Below, piece after piece: positions 51,054-61,027 of a DNA stretch of 64,000 nucleotides (position 1 is its first letter; every line of letters starts with the position of its first letter). The stretch is from the NCBI GenBank assembly GCA_963707025.1, contig CAVPOM010000012.1:1-64000 (forward strand). The letters run 5' to 3'. Source of the stretch: an uncultured Verrucomicrobiae bacterium (lineage in GTDB: Bacteria > Verrucomicrobiota > Verrucomicrobiia > Limisphaerales > Palsa-1400). The position numbers were made by a program, and so were the translations under genes. The notes under the pieces were generated by a model that was not told where the DNA came from, ran no database searches, and was given only the letters and a program-made list of their open reading frames with translations.

Positions 51054-52222
51054 TACGCTCGTCAGGGTGGTGCAAAATTGGAACGCCTCCGCGCCGATGC
51101 TAGTCACGCCGCAGGGAATCGTGAAATTGGTCAGGCTGTAGCAGTGGTCGAACGCAGCCTGTCTGATGCTGGTGAGGCCCTCGGGAAAGGTGACGCTAGT
51201 CAGGTTGATGCAGCCATGGAACGCAAACTCCCCGATGTCGGTCACGCCGACGGGAATCGTGGCGTTTGTGAGGGCGGTGCAAGATTTCGAATGCACCGTC
51301 ACCGATATTTGTGACGGTACCGGGAATCGTCACGCAGGACAGGCTGGTGCAGTAATCGAAGGCATAGTTTCCGATGCTGGTGACGCTGTTGGGAATCGTG
51401 TAGTTTCCCCCTATGCCGCCCGGAAATTCAAGCAGCACTGTCTTGTTTTTGTCGAACAAGACCCCAGCGAGGGAGCTATACGCCGGATTGTTTATATCCA
51501 CCGTTATGGCAGTGAGAAGCGTGCAATATTCGAAGGCCTCCAACCCGATGCTGTTGACGCTGCCAGGGATCGTGACGCTTGTTAGGCCAGTGCCAGAGAA
51601 CGCACCACTCCCGATGTTGGTGAGGGCGTTACCGATCGTGACGTTGGTCAGCAAGCTGCAATATTTCGAAAGCCTCGGCCCCAATGCTGGTGACGCTGTT
51701 GGGAATCGTGTACTTTCCGCCTATAGCGCCCAGAAATTCAAGCAGCACTGTCTTGTTTTTGTCGAACAAGACCCCATCGAGGGAGCTATACGCCTGATTG
51801 TTTATATCCACCGTTATGGCAGTGAGAAGCGGGCAGTAACCGAAAGCAGAAACTCCAATGCTGGAGACGCTGGCGCGAATCGTGGGGTCCGTGAGGGCGG
51901 TGTAAGAGAACGCACCAATCCCGATGTTGGTGAGGCCGTTACCGATCGTGACGTTGGTCAGACCAGAGCAGAATTCGAAGGCCCAGTCGCCGATGATGCT
52001 AACGCTGCCGGGAATAGTGACGCTGGTCAGCCTAAAGTTCCATAGGAAGGCATTTTCGCCGATACTGGTGACAAAGTTGGAAATGACTACCGCACCGCCG
52101 GTCCCGGTGTAGGTGGAGAGGGTGATCGCCCCGTTATTGGTCGTGTAAGTGAATTGGGCTTGCGCGGCAGTGGGCGCGGCAAAGAGCAGAAAAAGGAAAA
52201 GGGCACGCAAAGTTCTTTTCAT
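51054..52222 (-). pseudogene. BspA-type leucine-rich-repeat (LRR_5) exported protein, two frameshifts and 3' truncated
   Basis: LTSVTIPGSV..IG..AF repeats; ITVDINN..YSSL.GVLFDKNKT duplicated; spread over three frames; ends at the inverted repeat. Confidence 0.85.
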
Positions 52223-53048
52223 TGTTGGTACGGGATGATTCAAGCCCCGCACGGCGGTTCCGTCAACGTCCAATAATCACGCAGCCGGCGGCTCGAAAGC
52301 GGGGTGCCTTTGACGCCTCCAGACGATCAAAGAGCCTTGCAAACGTGTTTGCGAAACTTATCCCACTCGAACGAGTTCATTCTCCGTGCGCAGGTGGCGT
52401 ACAGGTGTCAGTCCTCACTTTTTGCACTTTTTCCATGGACGGCGGGCAGGGGCGGGTTTTTGGCCGAACTGGCTTCATAACGGAATGACGCCAGCGGCCG
52501 GATTTTCGGCTGTTTGGGAATCAGGGGCCGGTGATTTGGCGCAGAAAGGGGGAGATTCCTAACATTGCCACATTGTTGGTTGAGAAGCCAGGTCGTGGCG
52601 GCAACGTCGAGCAGGAAAGGTGAACGTGGGGAATCCAGGGCGTGTACGGTTAGATTGCATCTGCTCCTGCCCGGCGGCGGGTAGTGTCCCAATCTGATTT
52701 ATTTTGGAACAAGGCGGCGTTGGTCACCAGCATAAAGCGAATCCAGACGTGGACAAATTGTCGAAGAATTCGCTGGACATGTATTAGAAACTATGGCAAT
52801 CTCTTCAGCGTGAGAGTCGAAGTGAAACGGGCACGACGACGGAAGGCAGGTTATCCTGCGCCAACCACTTTTGGCGGGCGCGCCATGCGAAGTCTGTTTC
52901 AAGACAGAGCGGTGCGGGCATTAAAGGTGTTTTTGCCAAACGAACCCATTTTTTGGATGCCAAAAAGTATTCGTAAGTTATTGCGAACAAACAGCTTACG
53001 ATTAAACTAGCTGAGTTATGTGCGCCAAAATGACCCACCGTTTCGGGG

Positions 53049-55118
53049 TCATTTCTTGCTCCATTTGTCCTTGGCCTTGGCGGCGGCTTCGCTGTAGGGG
53101 AAATCCTTGAGCAAACGGCCCAGGGCTTTTTGCGCCTCTTCCTTCTTGCCCAGGGCCAGGCCGGTCTCGACCACGGAGTAGAGAACTTCCGACTGGCGCG
53201 GGTCGCCGCCGGCCAACGCCAGCAGCGTTTGTCCGTCGGTGAACGCGCGCTGGAATTCCTTGCGCCCCATCGCCAAGTCAAGGGCCAGCAAACCGGTGTC
53301 GAGCGACATTCGCTCCAGCGGCATGTCCAGTTGCAGCCGGTCCAGCGCCTCCTGCGCGTCTTCCCAGTGGCCGTGTTCGAGCAAAATGGAGGCGCTCTCC
53401 AGGCGGGCCGCCCGCGCCGCGTTGAAGCCTGCGCCCGCCTGCTTTTCCCCGGCGGCGGCAAACTGTTTGCGCGCCTCCTCGGGCTGGCCGCGCGCCAGCA
53501 ACAGATCCCCCTGGAGCAAGCGCCAGCGCCGCCGGTCGTCCGCGGTGAGCAGGCCGCCGGTAATGCCGCCCAGCACCTTGCCAGCCTCGTCCAGTTCGCC
53601 GGTGCAATGAATGAGCAGCGCGGCCAAATGCAGTTTGGCCGGATCGCTGACTGCCGGCACGGCCCTTTGCGGCGCCAGGGCGAGTCGAAAAGACTTGTCC
53701 GCCAGCGCGTCCCCCGCATCGCCCTGGTGCTCAAAGACCAGGCCCGTTTTATAGAAGGTCGGCCCATAAACCGGCACATTGAACTCGCTCTGCCGTTTCA
53801 TCAGGTTTTCGCCGCTGTGCATGAGCAATTCCGGGTCGTCGGCGCGTTCCGCCAAATCCCACACCGCCATGAGATCGCGCGCCGGCATCAGGGCCAGGTC
53901 GCGGTGCAGCAGATCGCTTTTGGCCTGATTAAACACGTCGTCGCGCCACCAATCGCGCTGTTGCCATTCGGGGATGATCCGCACCCGGACGGAATTGGTG
54001 GCCACCACCGCGCCGTTCTCCCAGGCCTCGACCTCGACCAGGCGCAGGCCAGGTTCCGGGAAGAAATGCCGGGGATTGACCCCGGTGTCCTCGCCGCCAT
54101 CGTCGAAATGCCAGCGAAAACTGCGGCGCGGCGCACTGTTCACCACGCGAAATTGCACCCGCACGAACATGGCTTCAGCCAACGCGCAGTGATCCACCGT
54201 GTGCCAGTCAAAGTAAAGCCGCTCCGCGCCGCGCGAGGCCGACTCGCAGCGGGTCGCGCGGAAACGCGCCACGGGCCCAAAGGCCGACGGCGGCATCAAC
54301 TCGACATGCGCGTGCCCGGGCGGTTTCCAGGCGGCAACCGCCGCCGAGGCGCTGCCGAGTTGGATTTGCAGGTAGCCCAGGCGATGCACGCCGGCGGGCA
54401 GTGTAATCGTTCCGCTGTGTTCGCCATGCCGGCCTCCTTCCGCGCCATGCATCCCGTACCACGTCGCCACCGTGCGATTGTCCACCTCCAGATAGGACGC
54501 GTCGTCCGAAGCGGTGGCGAAAGTATATTGGGCTGCGGCCGGCACGGTGAACCACCCGGTAAATGTCGCAATGTAGTACGCGCTCGGCCCGAAAGGATTG
54601 GCTCCCAGGAAAATGTCCGGCACGTAGTCGCGCCCGGACGGCGTGCTGGCGCTGTTCAACAGGCGCGCCACTTCTGCCGCCGTGTTGATCGGCAGGTCGC
54701 TGCGGCAGGCGCGCGTTTCCACCAGGACGGCCGCCTCCGGTTTCCAACTGCCGCCCGCGGCGGGCAGATCGGGGCCGTAGCAGACATAGTAGGCCGTGTC
54801 CCCGCTGGAGGTATCGAAACAAACCCGGGTCGGTTCGCCTTGGGCGGTCCAAATCTTTTCGAACGCCACCGGTTTGCCGTCGGGATTGAAAATCCCGAAC
54901 CCGCCCGGCGCATTCAAGCAAGGGGCGATGTCCACCACCCCCATCTTCGCCGGCCAGTCCGTTTGGGCGATTTTATCAATCCGCAGGCGCAACGGGGCTG
55001 TCGTCACGGGATTGTTCTGGGCGCGCGCGGGGCCTTGGGCCAAAACGCCACCGAGCAACGCCAGCAGCGCCGTGGCCAGTTGCTCCCGGAATTCTCTTCT
55101 TCCAGAAGTCCTAGCCAT
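53049..55118 (-). CDS. Exported PA14-domain + PKD-like + TPR protein
   Basis: FTGWFTVP..AQYTFATASDDASYLEVD (PA14), RWHFDDG, C-terminal helical repeats ending LLKDFPYSEAA. Confidence 0.78.
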   Translation of the reverse strand: MARTSGRREFREQLATALLALLGGVLAQGPARAQNNPVTTAPLRLRIDKIAQTDWPAKMGVVDIAPCLNAPGGFGIFNPDGKPVAFEKIWTAQGEPTRVCFDTSSGDTAYYVCYGPDLPAAGGSWKPEAAVLVETRACRSDLPINTAAEVARLLNSASTPSGRDYVPDIFLGANPFGPSAYYIATFTGWFTVPAAAQYTFATASDDASYLEVDNRTVATWYGMHGAEGGRHGEHSGTITLPAGVHRLGYLQIQLGSASAAVAAWKPPGHAHVELMPPSAFGPVARFRATRCESASRGAERLYFDWHTVDHCALAEAMFVRVQFRVVNSAPRRSFRWHFDDGGEDTGVNPRHFFPEPGLRLVEVEAWENGAVVATNSVRVRIIPEWQQRDWWRDDVFNQAKSDLLHRDLALMPARDLMAVWDLAERADDPELLMHSGENLMKRQSEFNVPVYGPTFYKTGLVFEHQGDAGDALADKSFRLALAPQRAVPAVSDPAKLHLAALLIHCTGELDEAGKVLGGITGGLLTADDRRRWRLLQGDLLLARGQPEEARKQFAAAGEKQAGAGFNAARAARLESASILLEHGHWEDAQEALDRLQLDMPLERMSLDTGLLALDLAMGRKEFQRAFTDGQTLLALAGGDPRQSEVLYSVVETGLALGKKEEAQKALGRLLKDFPYSEAAAKAKDKWSKK

Positions 55119-56292
55119 ACGCGCAACGCGCTTTGTCCACCGGCATGCCCCGCAGGTCAATTTGCGCCGGATCCGCCGTGCCCAGGCCGGCTTGTTCGGC
55201 CAGCAGCATCGTATTCTCGCAAAATTCAAAAGGATGCGTTCCCCGGGCCGCGCGCGGTTCGTAACCCATCACCGCCGCGGCCACCGCATCCGTGGAGACC
55301 GGGTTCAATCCCACCACCAGAATTCCGGGCGTGATGCGCTTGACGACGGCGGCTTGATCGCACCACGGGCCTTCTCCTCCGGTCATGGCCGAGATGCCGT
55401 CCACAATGGCCAGGTCAATCGGCCGCGCCCCGCACAGGTCCACCACGATCCGCGGCACGCGCGAAAACGGGTCGCGCAACGCCGCCCCGGCCTTGATCCC
55501 CGGCAGCGCCAATTTTTCATAACCGTCGGGACTGTGCAACGGCGTCCGTCCTTCGGTGGCCTTTTCGCTGCCCGCTCCGCTGCCATAAAGCGAATTGGGG
55601 GTGATGCCAAACATGTTTTTCATCGAGAGCGTGACCCCGGCGGTCAGGTGGCGTTTTAGTTTGGCCAGGGAAATCATGACGTCGGTGTCCTGGTAAGAGT
55701 GGTTGAGATCGAAGGAGGAAAACATGAAACCACCCGATGGCACCGCCAGATGCGCGTAGGCTTTGCCGTGCCCCAAATTGCGCGTGTTTTCGTATTCCAC
55801 CTTGCCCAAGGCGCCGATTGCCTTCACGTCCCATCCCGCCGCGACCAGGCTCGCCGCCAATTCCTCCTGGCTGTTGGTTGATTCGACCAGGCGCACGCGT
55901 GACGCCCCGGCCTGGAAGAGCAGCGACAACAAAGCCATGATCGTGGCGCTATGGGTCATATACGTTTCCCCAACGGGCAGGCCCAGGTACGACTTGAAAT
56001 CTGTTCCGGTAAGATTGATTTTGATCGCAACCGTTTTGTTGCGCACCAGTTTGTCAACGCCTCCGATCAAATCAAAACCCTTTTCCAGCGCCGCTCTCAC
56101 CTCCGCCCCGTAGCCAGGGCAGGCCACCAAGGCGACCTTGGCTTGGGAGCGGACGCTGGCGGGAAGATTCGTCTGGTCAGCCAGCGCGTCCAGTCCGCTC
56201 AAGGCCAATGGCCCTCCCAAGGCCAACGCGGCGCTGTGGCGGATAAAAGCGCGGCGGCCGCACTTAAGCCGGGGAGAATTGCCTTCGAGCAT
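55111..56292 (-). CDS. DUF362 domain protein with Tat-like signal
   Basis: GRRAFIR signal; VAIKINL; LAKLKRHLTAGVTLSMKNMFG; AIVDGISAM.GGEGP; NPVSTDA. Confidence 0.85.
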   Translation of the reverse strand: MLEGNSPRLKCGRRAFIRHSAALALGGPLALSGLDALADQTNLPASVRSQAKVALVACPGYGAEVRAALEKGFDLIGGVDKLVRNKTVAIKINLTGTDFKSYLGLPVGETYMTHSATIMALLSLLFQAGASRVRLVESTNSQEELAASLVAAGWDVKAIGALGKVEYENTRNLGHGKAYAHLAVPSGGFMFSSFDLNHSYQDTDVMISLAKLKRHLTAGVTLSMKNMFGITPNSLYGSGAGSEKATEGRTPLHSPDGYEKLALPGIKAGAALRDPFSRVPRIVVDLCGARPIDLAIVDGISAMTGGEGPWCDQAAVVKRITPGILVVGLNPVSTDAVAAAVMGYEPRAARGTHPFEFCENTMLLAEQAGLGTADPAQIDLRGMPVDKARCAYG

Positions 56293-56632
56293 GGCTGAAT
56301 TTTACCAGAATCCCGCCGAAAATCAATTCGTAAAGGCAACGCCCCAGCCACAGGCCGCAGGGCGGAGCGCCCGCCCTGCTTTCCCGGCCAACCCATGACT
56401 CACGCATTGCTTCGTAAATTGCGAGGCGCCTCTCACTTTTTGGACAGTTCCCATAGCAGGGAACGCCGTCCCGATTCGGAATCGGGATCAAGGCCGGCGC
56501 CGCGCCGCGACCCCGCCAAAAACTGGGATGCGCCCTAAATTGCGTTGCGGGGAGAAATTTGGCTGGTTCGTCCCGTCCCGGTTTGATAAGCTTGCCTTTA
56601 TTGGAGAATCAACCAAGATTTCGCTCCCGATT

Positions 56633-57820
56633 ATGCCTAGCGCCGCCGGCCTTCCAGCCGCCATCACCCCCGATGGCGCGCCCGATCCATTGGCCTGGTT
56701 CGCCGGCATGATGGATCATTGTTATGACTACGCGGAAGCGGCCAGGGCGCAGGGCCGGCCCATCGTGGGCATCATGTGCGAATTTACACCGCGCGAAATC
56801 ATCCTGGCTGCCGGCGCCGTGCCCGTCTGCCTTTGCGGCGGTTCGGCCGCGACCATTCCCACGGCGGAGCAATTCCTGCCCGCCAATTTGTGTCCGCTCA
56901 TCAAATCCACCTTCGGTTATCACGCCGCCGGCAGCAATCCGTTTCTGAATTGGGCGGAGTTGGTCGTCGCCGAGACGGCCTGCGACGGCAAAAAGAAAAT
57001 GTTCGAGCTGATGGGCGCCACCAAACCGATGTATGTGCTCGAACTGCCGCAAAAGTCGGATGAGGCCGACGCGCTGGAACATTGGATCGGGGAGGTGCGC
57101 AAGTTCAAGGAGCATCTGGAGCAACGGTTTCAAACCCCCCTGACGGAGGAGAAACTGCGCGACGCCGCCCGGCTGATGAACCGAGAGCGCGGATTGCGGC
57201 GGCAACTGGCCGCCCTGATGACGCGCGATCCCCCGCCACTGACGGGACGGCAATTGATTGAGCTTAAAAGCATTATCTCCGGCATCGAAGCGGACCTTCA
57301 GCAGTATGAACGGGCCATCCAGTGGTTCGGTGGCCGCACCGCTTCTCCCTCGCCCGGCCTCGGCAAAATCCGGGTTCTCCTGACGGGTGTGCCGATGGTC
57401 CACGGCGCGGAGCGGGTCTTGGAACTGATCGAAGACGCCGGCGCGGTCGTGGTCGCCATGGAAAACTGCACCGGCCTCAAACCCATTCTCGACGATGTGG
57501 ATTTGGACGAGCCGGACATTCTTGGCGCCATCGCGCGCAAATACTACCACCTGCCCTGCTCGGTCATGACGCCCAACGCCCGGCGTTTCCAAACGCTGCG
57601 CTCCCTCGCCGCGCAATTCCGGCCCCACTGCGTCATCGAGCTGATCTGGCAGGCCTGCCTCACCTACGACATCGAGTCCTTCCAGGTCCGCAAACTGGCC
57701 GGGGAAGAGCTTCATCTTCCCTACCTGAAAATCACGACCGATTATTCGCCGTCGGATTCGGCGCGAATTTCGGCGCGTGTCGAAGCCCTGTTTGAAACCA
57801 TTCGCGCCAGGCTCCCTTAA
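56633..57820 (+). CDS. 2-hydroxyacyl-CoA dehydratase family protein, double-cubane-cluster (DCCP/YjiM-like) type
   Basis: GIMCEFTPRE, CLCGG, ANLCPLIKS, ETACDGKKKMFE, ENCTG, PCSVMTPN, QACLTY. Confidence 0.85.
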   Translation: MPSAAGLPAAITPDGAPDPLAWFAGMMDHCYDYAEAARAQGRPIVGIMCEFTPREIILAAGAVPVCLCGGSAATIPTAEQFLPANLCPLIKSTFGYHAAGSNPFLNWAELVVAETACDGKKKMFELMGATKPMYVLELPQKSDEADALEHWIGEVRKFKEHLEQRFQTPLTEEKLRDAARLMNRERGLRRQLAALMTRDPPPLTGRQLIELKSIISGIEADLQQYERAIQWFGGRTASPSPGLGKIRVLLTGVPMVHGAERVLELIEDAGAVVVAMENCTGLKPILDDVDLDEPDILGAIARKYYHLPCSVMTPNARRFQTLRSLAAQFRPHCVIELIWQACLTYDIESFQVRKLAGEELHLPYLKITTDYSPSDSARISARVEALFETIRARLP

Positions 57821-57854
57821 AGCAAGCTGGCAGATCAAACCACCCTGCACCCGC

Positions 57855-58662
57855 ATGAAATCAGCGCCGCAAATTCACCTCTCGGATGTCCAGGCCGTCT
57901 ATTCCGGGCCGGAAGGCCGCCTCTGGGAACTGCTCATGGGCGAACAAATTCATATTGGCGGCTTTCAATCTTCCATGGACCTCGCCCAGCGGGCGGGCAT
58001 TGCCGCCGGCTGGGAGGGCGTTGACCTCTGCTGCTGCACCGGCGCCGGCATGAGGTTTTTGGCCCGCTTCCTCAAGGTGCGGCGCATGACCGGCGTGGAC
58101 GCCACCCCCGCCGTGCTGGAACTGGGCCGCCGCCGCTGCGCCGAAGAAGGCCTCGCCGAAAAAACTTCGTTCGTCAAAGCCAATGTCTGCGCGACCGGCC
58201 TGCCGTCCGCCCGGTTCGATTTCGTGTGGGGCGAAGACGCCTGGTGCTACGTCGAGGACAAGGCGAAGTTGATCGCCGAGGCGGCCCGGCTGATCAAACC
58301 GCAAGGCAAAATTGTTTTCACCGACTGGATGGAAGGCCCGGTTGAATTGACGGGGGCCGAGGCTGGCCGCTATCTCGGTTTCATGAAATTTCCCAGCGTG
58401 CTCACCCTCGGCGAATACCAGTCCCTGCTTCAAGCCAGCGGCTGCTCGGTGCGGGTGGCCGCATAACACCGGACGCTTCGCCTCCAGCGTGTCGCTTTAT
58501 CTCAAAATGATCGAAAAACAACTCACCTACGACGCCCTGAAAATCATCGGCTTCGACCTCGCCCTCGCGCAAAGTCTCATTGCTGAAATGCGTTTTATTC
58601 AATCGCTCGCCCAGACCGGAAAAATCAGCCAGGGCCTCATCGTCGCCGAAAAAGCCGGGTAA
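57855..58662 (+). pseudogene. Class I SAM-dependent methyltransferase, +1 frameshift near 58461
   Basis: GEQIHIGG, VDLCCCTGAG, FDFVWGEDAWCYV; continues in another frame as HNTGRFASSV...GKISQGLIVAEKAG*. Confidence 0.8.
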
Positions 58663-58676
58663 AACCGGCCCGCACC

Positions 58677-59645
58677 ATGGACGTGTTCCTGACCAGCCCG
58701 TGGATCCCCGCCGAATGGATCCGGGCGCACGGCTTGCAGCCGCGCGGCCTCTGGTCGGCGGAAAATTTCCCGGACGGCGCGTGGCCGCTTTCCGCCGGGG
58801 TGTGCGCCTTTGCCGAGGCCGCGATCCGGTTTGCCGAAGCGCGGACCGATGGCGCCGTGATTTTTTCGACGGCCTGCGACCAACTGCGGCGCGGCTGCGA
58901 CGCCGCCCTTCTCCATGGACAGCGCCGCGCCTTTTTGTTCAACCTGCCGGCCACCTGGCAGACCGCGGCGGCCGGGCAAATTCTCCGCTCCGAACTGGAG
59001 CGGCTGGGGAAGTTTCTTTTGTCCATCGGCGGCCGCGCGCCGTCGCCGGAAGGGTTGCGGCGGGAAATGTTGCGTTCCAGCGGGACGCGACAGCGTTTGC
59101 TCGAATCAGCCCCGGCCAGTTCTCCTCGCGGATTTGCCCAAGCGGTGGCGCGCTTTCATTGGGACGGCGCTTTTTCGCCGCCGCCGCCGGCTGCTCCGGC
59201 CGATCAAACTCCGCTCGCCCTGGTCGGCGGGCCGTTTCTCGCGCGGGACTGGAAATGGCTGGACGAATTGGAAGCCGCCGGCGGCCGGGTCGCGCTCAAC
59301 GCCACCGAAATGGGCGAGCTTAGCCTGGGGCCGGCTTATGAATTTGAGGCGGGCGCCATCCCGCCATTCGACGCCCTGGTCCGCGGCTGCTGCGACCACC
59401 TCATTGCGGTGTTCCAGCGGCCCAACACCCGGCTTTATTCCTGGCTGGAGCCGCGGCTGGCCTCCCGCCGCGCACGCGGCATCGTGCTCTGGCATTTCAC
59501 CGGCTGCGATTTGTGGCGGGCCGAGGCGCAGACCTTGCGGGAAACTTTTGGCCTGCCCGTTTTGCTGCTCGAAGCCAGCGGCGAAGCCGGCGCCGCCCCG
59601 CGCGAGCGCAACCGCCTCCAGGCTTTCGTGGAAACGCTGCGATGA
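58677..59645 (+). CDS. 2-hydroxyacyl-CoA dehydratase family subunit (short)
   Basis: PWIPAEWIRAHG, GVCAF, TACDQLRR, GCDLW, RLQAFVE. Confidence 0.8.
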   Translation: MDVFLTSPWIPAEWIRAHGLQPRGLWSAENFPDGAWPLSAGVCAFAEAAIRFAEARTDGAVIFSTACDQLRRGCDAALLHGQRRAFLFNLPATWQTAAAGQILRSELERLGKFLLSIGGRAPSPEGLRREMLRSSGTRQRLLESAPASSPRGFAQAVARFHWDGAFSPPPPAAPADQTPLALVGGPFLARDWKWLDELEAAGGRVALNATEMGELSLGPAYEFEAGAIPPFDALVRGCCDHLIAVFQRPNTRLYSWLEPRLASRRARGIVLWHFTGCDLWRAEAQTLRETFGLPVLLLEASGEAGAAPRERNRLQAFVETLR

Positions 59646-61027
59646 ACGCCGCGCCGCGCAAGTTGAATTTGGACGAGTGGGACGGCCGCTACGAGCAGCT
59701 CCGGCGCGACGGCCTGCGCGAAACCGCTTACGGCGGGGCGTTGCGACGCCATGTTGTCCGCGAAAAGGATTTTCGCCTGCAACAATTGCAGTTCGACAAC
59801 TCGCCCGCCGCCCTGCGCCTCTGGAATTTTCTGCTGACGGAAAACCAGCGCCTGCATCAGGCCCGCGCCGGCGGCCACAAAATTGTCGGCACGATGAAGG
59901 ATCTCGGCACCGTGCCGGTCATGGCCTACGCGCTGCCGGGGGTGCGGGCCTTTTATCCGGACGGGGCGTGGTGGACGCCCTGCCTGATGGAATGCAGCGA
60001 CCAACTGCTGCACCAGGCGGAAAGGATGGGCCTGGACGCCTCCTTTTGCCCGGTGCGCGCCATGCTCCCGGCCTTCCTGAATGGCGCCCATTTCCCGCGG
60101 CCCGATTTGCTGGTTTGCAGCACCGGCGCCATCTGCGATGATTTTTCCGCCATCGCCCAGCGCCTGGAACATCTCGGCCATGCCATCCTCTGGTGGGAAA
60201 TCCCACGCCGCCGCCAGCCCGATTCGGGCGAAACGGCCTGCGCCCTGCCGGGCAGGCTCGCCGCCCCGCAAATTCAAGTGGACTGCGTGCGGACAGAATT
60301 GCAGCGCGTGGCCAACGCGCTGGGCGAACTGGCCGGAAAAACCCTGGACAACGACGGTTTGGCCGCCGGCATTCGCGCGGCCAATCAAGTCCGCCGCCGG
60401 CTGGACTCCTTGCGCCGCGCCGTTTATGGCGCGCCCGCCCCGCCGCTGCCCGCCCTGGAAATGCTCGTCGCAGAAATGCTGGCCCTTCATTTCTGCTCCG
60501 ACCGCCAGGAAACCATCGCCGTGCTCGACGATTTGCTCGCCGAGGTGCAAGCGCGCCTGCGGCGCCACCAGTTTATCGCCGGCCCCGGGGCCGCGCGCAT
60601 TTTCTGGGTGAATCCGGTCGCGGATTTGCGCGCCATGAACTTGTTGGAGGATCTGGGCGGACGCCTCTGCGGCTCGGATTACATGTTCACCCACGCGCTG
60701 GATTTGATTCCCGAAGATCTGCCGCCGCTGGAAGCCCTGGCCCGTACCGCCCTGGCCGATCCCATGGTCGGCCCGACGGCCGACCGCGCGGCCCGCATCG
60801 TCCGCGAATGCCAGGCCGGCGGCGCTGAGGCCGTGGTCGTCTCGCGCATTCCCGGCGCCAGCCACTGCGCGCGCGAGGGGGAAATCATCCTGGCCATGGT
60901 GCGGCGGGAAATCGGGATTCCCGCCATCGAACTGGAAATTCCGCCGGTGTGCGATGCCCTGCGGCCGAGCCTGGTCTCGCGCTTGCAGGCGCTGGTGGAA
61001 ACCGCGCAAGCCCGGAGGACAACATGA
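59642..61027 (+). CDS. 2-hydroxyacyl-CoA dehydratase family subunit
   Basis: FCPVRA, GAICDD, GASHCARE, RLQALVE; ATGA coupling on both sides. Confidence 0.8.
   Translation: MNAAPRKLNLDEWDGRYEQLRRDGLRETAYGGALRRHVVREKDFRLQQLQFDNSPAALRLWNFLLTENQRLHQARAGGHKIVGTMKDLGTVPVMAYALPGVRAFYPDGAWWTPCLMECSDQLLHQAERMGLDASFCPVRAMLPAFLNGAHFPRPDLLVCSTGAICDDFSAIAQRLEHLGHAILWWEIPRRRQPDSGETACALPGRLAAPQIQVDCVRTELQRVANALGELAGKTLDNDGLAAGIRAANQVRRRLDSLRRAVYGAPAPPLPALEMLVAEMLALHFCSDRQETIAVLDDLLAEVQARLRRHQFIAGPGAARIFWVNPVADLRAMNLLEDLGGRLCGSDYMFTHALDLIPEDLPPLEALARTALADPMVGPTADRAARIVRECQAGGAEAVVVSRIPGASHCAREGEIILAMVRREIGIPAIELEIPPVCDALRPSLVSRLQALVETAQARRTT

Noticed and set aside
53130..55334. Long antisense ORFs (also 6456-8312, 24697-26667, 28687-30279, 30310-32052, 59435-61009)
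   Set aside because: Shadow frames of well-supported high-GC genes with no recognisable motifs
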